DNA from: Eledone cirrhosa
Taxonomy: Eukaryota
Reading direction: 5' to 3'
Assembly (NCBI GenBank): GCA_964016885.1
Contig: OZ024742.1
Coordinates: 265,980,001 to 266,044,000 of the forward strand
Length of the DNA: 64,000 bases
Made by a program: the position numbers and the translations under genes. Of the stretch, positions 57,001 through 64,000 are shown piece after piece; position 1 is the first letter of the stretch; every line of letters starts with the position of its first letter. Below the pieces are notes generated by a model. The model was not told where the DNA came from and did not search any database. It saw only the letters and a list, made by a program, of their open reading frames with translations.

Positions 57001-58033
57001 AAAGATGCACAAAGATACAGTGATGAACTACAAATTTCAGAAGTTCCATTTACTTCTGAAATGAAAAACACTGAAAAAGCAAAGCAGGTAAAAGTAACTG
57101 CAAAGAAAGAACTGCTACAGAAACTGGCTAAGAAATGGCAAGAAAAGCCTCTGTATGGAAAATACCCAGAAAGAGCTAACAATCCTGATGTTTACAAAAC
57201 TTTAGCCCATCAGTGGTTTGGCATCTTCTGGACTGAAATCGGAGACTGGAGAACTGATTATATCAGCACAAGATCAGTGTCTGCCAACAAAAAATTATCA
57301 AGCCAACATAATAAAAAAAAAATCGATGCAACCCATTATGCCGTATATGTATAAAAACAACCAGAGACCATTGATCATATAATTTCAATGTGCAGTCCTA
57401 TAGCTCCAACCGAATACCTAAACAGGCACGACAGAGCTGCACAATACATACATTGGATAATGTGTAAGCATTTTGACCTGCCCCATCAAAAGAATTGGTG
57501 GGAGCATCAACTACCTCCCGTTCTTTAAAAATATCACATCTCAATCTTGTGGAACTTTAGCATCCAAACAGACCGAAAAATAGATGCAAATAGACCTGAT
57601 ATAATATTGAAGGACTTTAGAACGAGGGTATGCCTGCTGATTGATATGTCTGTTCCAATAGACAACAATGTATCTATAAAAACATTTGAAAAATTGAGCA
57701 CGTATAAAGACCTTGAGATAGAAATTGGAAAAATATGGAAGTTGAGAACTGAAACAATACCAGTGGTTGTATGCGCTCTATGAATGATACCTAAGGGGTC
57801 TAATCCCAGGAAACCCGCGTATATGAGAAATACAAAAGATAGTACTAATGGGAACTGCCCATATACTAAGGAAGATTCTGTCAATATAAGTACATCACAA
57901 GTCTAAACACCTAAAGATGCATGTGTGTGTATGTATGTTCTTTCTTGAACATGGCGGACCTTGTTGTCTCTTGAGGTCACTGGTTGTGACTTGGTGATAA
58001 CTCGTATGAACATAAAGCAAGATAAATGCAACT
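54088..58033 (+). mobile_element. Near full-length R4/Dong-type RLE LINE family B, copy 2 (tandem, more decayed)
   Basis: Collinear with 49870-53825 throughout. Confidence 0.95.
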
Positions 58034-58299
58034 GTAATAATAATAATAATAATAATGTTTTCTTCATTAGCCACAAGACTTGACATAAAGTATAACATTA
58101 AGGACAGGACAGGACGGTACAGGACGGTGCAAATGGGCATTTCTTCGTGTAAAGAAAAAGAAACAAAGGAAATGACAAAATGAGAAATGAAAATTCCCCA
58201 ATAGGGAGGGGGAGACTTCCGAGGGACGCTCGTGGAGAAAGCCTATTAAAAAAGCCATGGTGACCCTGACCACCAGAGCAAGTGTCCTCTCCCATTTTT

Positions 58300-61128
58300 C
58301 CACCTTCAATTTACAGGCGCATACTCAGAGCAGGCCCGTTTACTCGGACCATGCTTGCCTCTCTCACGCATCTTTCAACAAAATGCTGGGAAGAGAGCAC
58401 TTCCCTCTCCATCCTGAATTTGAAAAAGTTAATCACCGAAGAGGTAAGTGCTCGTCTTCAGCCCTTTCAAACGCGTCAACTACACCATCTCTTTCGCCAT
58501 GGCCACCAGGCAGATAAAAACTGCCTGCCCTTCCCGGCTAAAGGAAGAGAGCGAAGCAATCCTCACGATGGACTCAGCTGATAGCTGGATCCGTCCTAGA
58601 CGCGACAGCAGGTGTTCGACATAAACCCACAATGCTCGGATACTGGACGAGTGCGTGCAGGACGGTTTCGTCGCCCTGTGCGCATCTCGGACATGCCCGG
58701 CTGACGGCACCTCCATGTCTGTAGAGTTTATCCCGAATTGGCAAAGCTCCCCGGTAGCACTGCCAGGCCAGGGATTTCTGGAAGTTCTCCATAGGCCCCG
58801 GCCCGAAAGTCCTTCCGAAGAGATTGGCTAGTTGATTTTCGTCGACGCCTAGAGTTTCTCCAAGTACGTCGTCGCTCTTCCCCTCCACTAATCCTCTATA
58901 GAACGCCAAGGTGGAGTTTCCACCGATCACATTGCCCGATTGGTCGAGGGCTGTGAGCGCCTGAAGACATTCCAGTCTCCAAGCGCTCCCTCTCGGTCTT
59001 CGCTTGACCCAGGACTGCAGCTCCGTCAAGGAGACGAGCTGGGGAAAGACGTGTCTAGCAAACGGCGACCACACCTGATCACCATCGAGGAAGAGGTGGA
59101 GATGTCGTAGCCTGAGCGCGTGTCTGCGCATCATCAGCCACGGCATGCCCAGCCCTCCACGTAGCGGGTGTTGACAGCAGATGGACCGCCTGACCATCGT
59201 AGCGCGTCCCTTCCACAAAAAGCGAAAGAGCAAACGCTCCAGCGCAGTCAGGCGGGGCTTAGGACAAGGTACGACGGTCAGGCGGTAGTAGATGATGGAC
59301 GCGATGTACGCGTTAGCCACCTCCGCTCGACCTTTCAGGGATAGCTTCCTCTCGGCCCATTTCTGGGTGAGAGAAGCCACCCTGCTCGTCACCTCGTCCC
59401 AGTTTTTGTCCGTCTGGAGGTCTGGACCGAACCAGACCCCTAGCAATTTAACCGGTCCGTCCATCCAGCGCCCGACGACGCTGTTGGACGGCATGGACTT
59501 GCCTCTCCAGGTGCCGAGCTGCAGGCCCACTGACTTTTCCTGGTTGATCATTGCTCTTGTCACCGCTTCGTGTTCTCTTAGTGTAGTGCCGATCGCCTCG
59601 ATGTGTTTGGCGTTCGACACCACTACGGTGACATCGTCGGCATATGCTGACACGGATCTTCCGCATCCTAGTTCGCGCGGGACCCCCCTCAACGTCTCCA
59701 GTTTGTGCAGTAATGGCTCGAGTGTCAATACGTACAATAGGGACGAGAGGGAACATCCTTGGCGGACCGAGCGCATGATGTTGAACGGTTCCGAAAGGTG
59801 ACCGTTCACTCTCACTACAGAGCAGATGTCGCTGTGCATGGTAGCGATCCAGCCTCTGAAGACGGGCCCAAAGCCAGCCACTCTCAGGACTGCCGCTAGG
59901 TAACGATGGTCGACCCTATCGAAGGCTTTCGACTGATCTAAATTGATCAAAGACCCCCCCGTGCCAGGTTCCCTAGTTACCCTCTCTACGATGTATCGCA
60001 TGAGGTGGAGGTTGTCGTGGATGGATCTGTCGGGAATGGCGCATGTCTGCGCCTCTCCCACCAGACCACCAACGACAAGCGCCAACCTCTTTGCTAGCAC
60101 CTTGGCCAAAATCTTGAACTCTGTGTTTAGCAGAGTTATGGGCCTAAAATTATCTATGTTATCCCCCTTGTTCGGATCCTTTCTCAGCAGCACCACCGCT
60201 CCTCGGCTCACAGAGCTGGGAATTCTTCCGTTCTGTTGCCAGTTGCAGTAGACGTCCGCTAAGAGGCCTCCGAACAAGTCTGGCATTTGTACGTAAAGTT
60301 CATAGGGCAGACCATCCAAACCAGGCGATGTACCCCTTGTGCAGCCAGTCATTGCCTCCCATACTTCAGCAGCTGTTATCGGCTTTTCGCAACACTCCGC
60401 CTCAGTGGCCGAGAGCCGCCTCAGTCCGTCGAGGTAGACACTAAAGTGCATCCCTCGATCCGGCCCGCCACTGCCCCCGAACAGTTGAGCGAAGTGTCGC
60501 TGAAAAGCTTCACACATTTGCCCGGATCGAGTAGCATGCGCCCGTCGTGGTCCACCAAAGACCGGATCGTGGCTTTGTTGCCACGACGCGCCTCCGCCAC
60601 TCGAGCCCATTGAACGGCTTTCGTCTCCTCGTGTCTGAGAGCACGCACCCTAGCTCTGACAACGCAGCCTTCGTGCTTTGCATTGAAGAATTGGTCAAGG
60701 GCCAATTTCGCCGCAAGTACGTCGGTCACGATGCCTTTGCAAAGCGCCTCGTCTAATTTTCTAACTAATTCTCCCTCTGCTCCTTTCGGGGCATAGACGG
60801 CCACTAACCTGAAAGCTTGCCCGTCTCCGCTGGTCACGTCCAGCACCACCAACTTACCTTCTGGGTCCAGGAAGATGGCCCGTATGGCAAGATCCAAACC
60901 TCTCCGAAAAAGCACAGCAACTCCTCCCCCCTATCCCGGACGGCTGGAAGATGCGTACACATCGTAGCGGCCGAAGATCGGTGCGAAGGCCCGTGCTTCG
61001 GAGATTCTGGTCTCGCTGATGGCCACTACATCTATGTTTAGTGACCTGAGGTCGTTGAGCAGGTGGCCCTGCTTCCATGACGACCCCAAGCCACGCGCAT
61101 TTATGCTGCCTATTCTGAGTGAGGTCAT
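58300..61128 (-). pseudogene. Tx1-like ORF2 (APE endonuclease and reverse transcriptase), frameshifted
   Basis: SINARGL, VAISET, VYAP; PGLDGLPYE, FRPITLLN, LDQSKAFDRV, VRQGC, SAYADD; C-terminal CPRC..ETVLHAL. Confidence 0.93.
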
Positions 61129-61162
61129 GTTGAAAAGGAGTGGAAAAGATGGGAAAGACCAC

Positions 61163-62557
61163 TTACCTTACTTCTCGTAGAGGAAGGACGGTTTTTCCAT
61201 CCTTTTCACTGCTTGTGGCCTCCTCCGGAAGGATGTCCTTATAAATCCTCCTGGAGAGTGCTTGTCGGAAGTCTCCGATGTCTTTGGGGATTTTTTGTTT
61301 TAGTGTCATGTACGTTTTCTGTGTGATGCGAGTGATTTGTATGTGTGGAGGTGGTGTGAATTTTTGGGTTGTTGTGTAGTCTTTTTCTGTGATGCTGGTG
61401 TTGTGTTGGATGTAGTGTAATAATTGCTTGTTGTTCAAATTTAATGCTGTGTAGTGTGTATCGTTTTGGTTGTTTTGTTTTGTTTGCGTTTGTTGTGGGT
61501 TTGTTTCTGTTTCGCATTTTGGTAACTTTTGTGGTGTAGGTGATGGTGGTGTTGGGGTTAATGATGGTGATGGTGTTGGTGTTTGGGGTGATGGGGTTGG
61601 TGATGCTGGTGTGGATGGTGGCATATCTGTCCTAACTTTTTTGTTTGTTAATTTATTTGTTTCCCTCTGTATTTTGTTTTTGGAGGGGGAAGGAAGAGAA
61701 TTTTTTCTTTTTTGGTTTCTTTTTTTTTTTCCTGATACCGTTTCCCACTCCTCGTCGTCACAATCTGTCTCCAGTTGTGATAGGCCGGGGAGTGGAAAAT
61801 CCTCCACAGGCGTTAGTTTTGGTTGTGGCGTGGTGGATGGTGTAGGCGCTGGTGCTAGTTCTGAAGCGTTGGGTGGTGGTGGTGTTGGTTTTGCTGGTGG
61901 TGGTGGTGGTGGTGGTGGTGGTTTTGCTACTGTTGCTGGGGTTGTTGCTGTTACAGTTGCTTCTGTTGTTGCTGCTACAATTGTTGCTGCCATTTCTGCT
62001 GCTGGTGGTGTTGATGGTTGAGTCACTGGGGTGGGTAGGAGAGGTGGCCTCAACCTTTTAGCCTGAGGGCAGAAAGCCCTTAGGTGGGTTCCTTCACCAC
62101 AAACGACACACCTAGGCCTTCTGCACTCGACAATTACGGTGAGGTGGCTGCCGTCAGTGAGGTCTATTACCTCTGGGATCTCCTCAATGCTTTTTTGGTC
62201 CGCTTGGATCAGGAGCTCCATCCCAGATCCTGACCAGTTCTCCTGATTTTCTTTCGCTATTTCGATTATCTTGGTGTTGGCTTCGATGCCGGCGAGGATG
62301 GCAGCTATTAGCCAGGGAATTTCGATGGCCGGTGGAACGTGGGTGACCCTGATCTTTACGCGTCTCTGGCCACAATAGCTTGGGACGAGTGTGAAGTCGT
62401 CACTTCTTAATGGGGCCATGGAGTGTTCTCTAGCCTCCTGTGGTGTTTCAAAGAAGACGTCCACGGTTCCATACTTCTGCCTACGTCTGATGTGGGTTTT
62501 TCTTGCCCACACATGTCCCAAAGCTTTTTGGATTTGGGACTCGGATGCCCGTTCCAC
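61163..62557 (-). CDS. Tx1-like ORF1 (gag-like, CCHC zinc knuckle, Pro/Thr-rich tail), 5'-truncated
   Basis: RCVVCGEGTHLRAFC (CX2CX4HX4C); 464 aa open frame. Confidence 0.88.
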   Translation of the reverse strand: MERASESQIQKALGHVWARKTHIRRRQKYGTVDVFFETPQEAREHSMAPLRSDDFTLVPSYCGQRRVKIRVTHVPPAIEIPWLIAAILAGIEANTKIIEIAKENQENWSGSGMELLIQADQKSIEEIPEVIDLTDGSHLTVIVECRRPRCVVCGEGTHLRAFCPQAKRLRPPLLPTPVTQPSTPPAAEMAATIVAATTEATVTATTPATVAKPPPPPPPPPAKPTPPPPNASELAPAPTPSTTPQPKLTPVEDFPLPGLSQLETDCDDEEWETVSGKKKRNQKRKNSLPSPSKNKIQRETNKLTNKKVRTDMPPSTPASPTPSPQTPTPSPSLTPTPPSPTPQKLPKCETETNPQQTQTKQNNQNDTHYTALNLNNKQLLHYIQHNTSITEKDYTTTQKFTPPPHIQITRITQKTYMTLKQKIPKDIGDFRQALSRRIYKDILPEEATSSEKDGKTVLPLREVR

Positions 62558-63312
62558 TGGTTAAAAAGAGGTGACATTAAAAATGCTAGGGGGGATGCTA
62601 TTGGCTGCACAAGAGCAAGCCCTCAGAAGGAAGTGGGTGAAACACCATATTGACAAGGAGAAGGCTAGCTCACTCTGTAGAATCTGTGGAGAGAGAGAGA
62701 GGAGACTGTGGCTCCCATCGTATCCGAGTGTAAATACCTAGCCCAGACTCACTATAAAGGCTGGAGGTACGATATAATAGGAAAGGTGATTCACTGGCAT
62801 CTATGCAAACTAAATAATTGACCACATTCTGAGAAGTGGTATCAGCATAAGCCATAGAAAACGATCAGGTGAAGGTGCTATGGGATTTCAGGATACAGAC
62901 AGACAAGAAATTAGAACACAATAGGCCTGACCTGGTGTTTTTTGACAAGGGAAAAAGATCGTGCCTGATTGTAGATCTAGCCTGCCAATTTGACACAAGA
63001 GTGCAAGAAAAGGAGGAGAAAATTAAACGATACCAGGATTTCAGGTGGGAATTAAAAAGGATTTGGGACTGTCATGAGATCAAGGTCATCCCGATTGTCA
63101 TAGGAGCACTAGGTACTATCTCCAAGAGTTTTCAAGGATGGTTAAAGAACATTAGTCCAGCCCCCTTTTTTGTAACATTCAAAAGGCATGCTTGCTGGGA
63201 ACAGCAAGAGCCCTCCGATACGTCCTAAATATATGAGGCTGCAGGTAATGGCTTGATATTCATTTCAACAAACTTTCCTATTAAATTACATCAATGACTG
63301 TGACTACAAGAA
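62558..63312 (+). mobile_element. Older, divergent R4/Dong family A-like 3' fragment
   Basis: VLWDFRIQTDKKLEHNRPDLV..IKVIPIVIGALG; (AAT)-like tail. Confidence 0.88.
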
Positions 63313-63569
63313 AATAATAATAATTATAATTTGGTGTGTTAACTGGCTTACCAATGTACACAGTGGGTGTATTTCCCCTGGGTGTCAGGAAGACACTCGG
63401 CAAATAACGGAAACAATACTGAAGGAAAAGGAAAAACAAAAATAACATTATAATAACAACAGTAATCAACTTATGTAGGATATTGAGTGCAGTATTTACA
63501 TCCAGGACCAACAAATAAATAAATAAATAAATAGGATCTACAGCAAAATCCTCACATACACACACACGA

Positions 63570-63601
<32 letters not shown>

Positions 63602-63848
63602 TCTAAGGCGGGTAAAATTCCCGAGATCCATGGACGAGTTTTCTCCAGCGGTCTCTGTCCCTCATTATCGCTGCCATGTCCTGCGTCTCCAACAGACCAG
63701 TGTCTGTCCTTAGGGCATCAACATACGTTAACCTTGGTCTTCCTCTTCTAGTGTGTCCATGTAGGGGCTCCCAAAGGAGCACTGAGTGCAATGTCAACTC
63801 TGGATGTCGGTGAGCATGTCCAGCTAACCCCAGTCTCCTCTGTGTCAC
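63602..63848 (-). mobile_element. RTE-clade LINE 3' end
   Basis: RRLGLAGHAHRH..VLLWEP.HG...RGRPRLTYVDAL..RDRWRK. Confidence 0.88.
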
Positions 63849-64000
63849 TTTTGAAAATATATATATATATGTGTGTATATATGTGTGTATATATATATAT
63901 AAAATAAAATAATATATATATATAGGAGAAGAAGCAAGGCCATCTTAATAGCATTATAGGCCCCCGGGCAAAGCAGAGCTCTGGGACCCCTACGTACACA

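Larger units (their letters stand above)
58057..62557 (-). mobile_element. Tx1/L1-clade LINE copy 2 (5'-truncated, 3' end intact, internal deletion in APE)
   Basis: ORF1, ORF2 and 3' UTR ending ...cttgtggctaatgaagaaaac(att)n. Confidence 0.95.

Overview
Repeat-dense, AT-rich eukaryotic DNA with no host gene exon that I can support. The SINE types, microsatellite load and LINE families look like an octopus (coleoid cephalopod) genome; this is an inference. Contents: (i) many (TA)n, (TG)n, (CATA)n and (TAA)n microsatellites, which generate most of the ORF track as artefacts; (ii) decayed Penelope-like elements (Neptune-type and Naiad-type RT/GIY-YIG) with fold-back inverted ends; (iii) three IS630-Tc1-mariner relics; (iv) tRNA-derived SINEs; (v) a ~25 kb pile-up at 38.6-63.9 kb of two R4/Dong-type RLE LINE families lying next to (TAA)n tracts, two Tx1/L1-type LINEs and RTE ends. 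The most interesting signal is non-coding. The window holds about 14 type-I hammerhead ribozyme (HHR) motifs, some degenerate, from several families. One family forms a 4-copy ~440 bp tandem array (30853-32610) with one minimal HHR per unit, plus a fifth inverted copy, which is the layout of a non-LTR retrozyme or tandem pseudo-LTR able to yield ~430-450 nt monomer or circular RNAs. Other motifs carry the compensatory U3-A8 core. A Meta-type SINE shares its 3' terminus with the local Tx1-like LINE, suggesting an unusual LINE-SINE partnership. All calls were made by eye; no database search or folding program was run.
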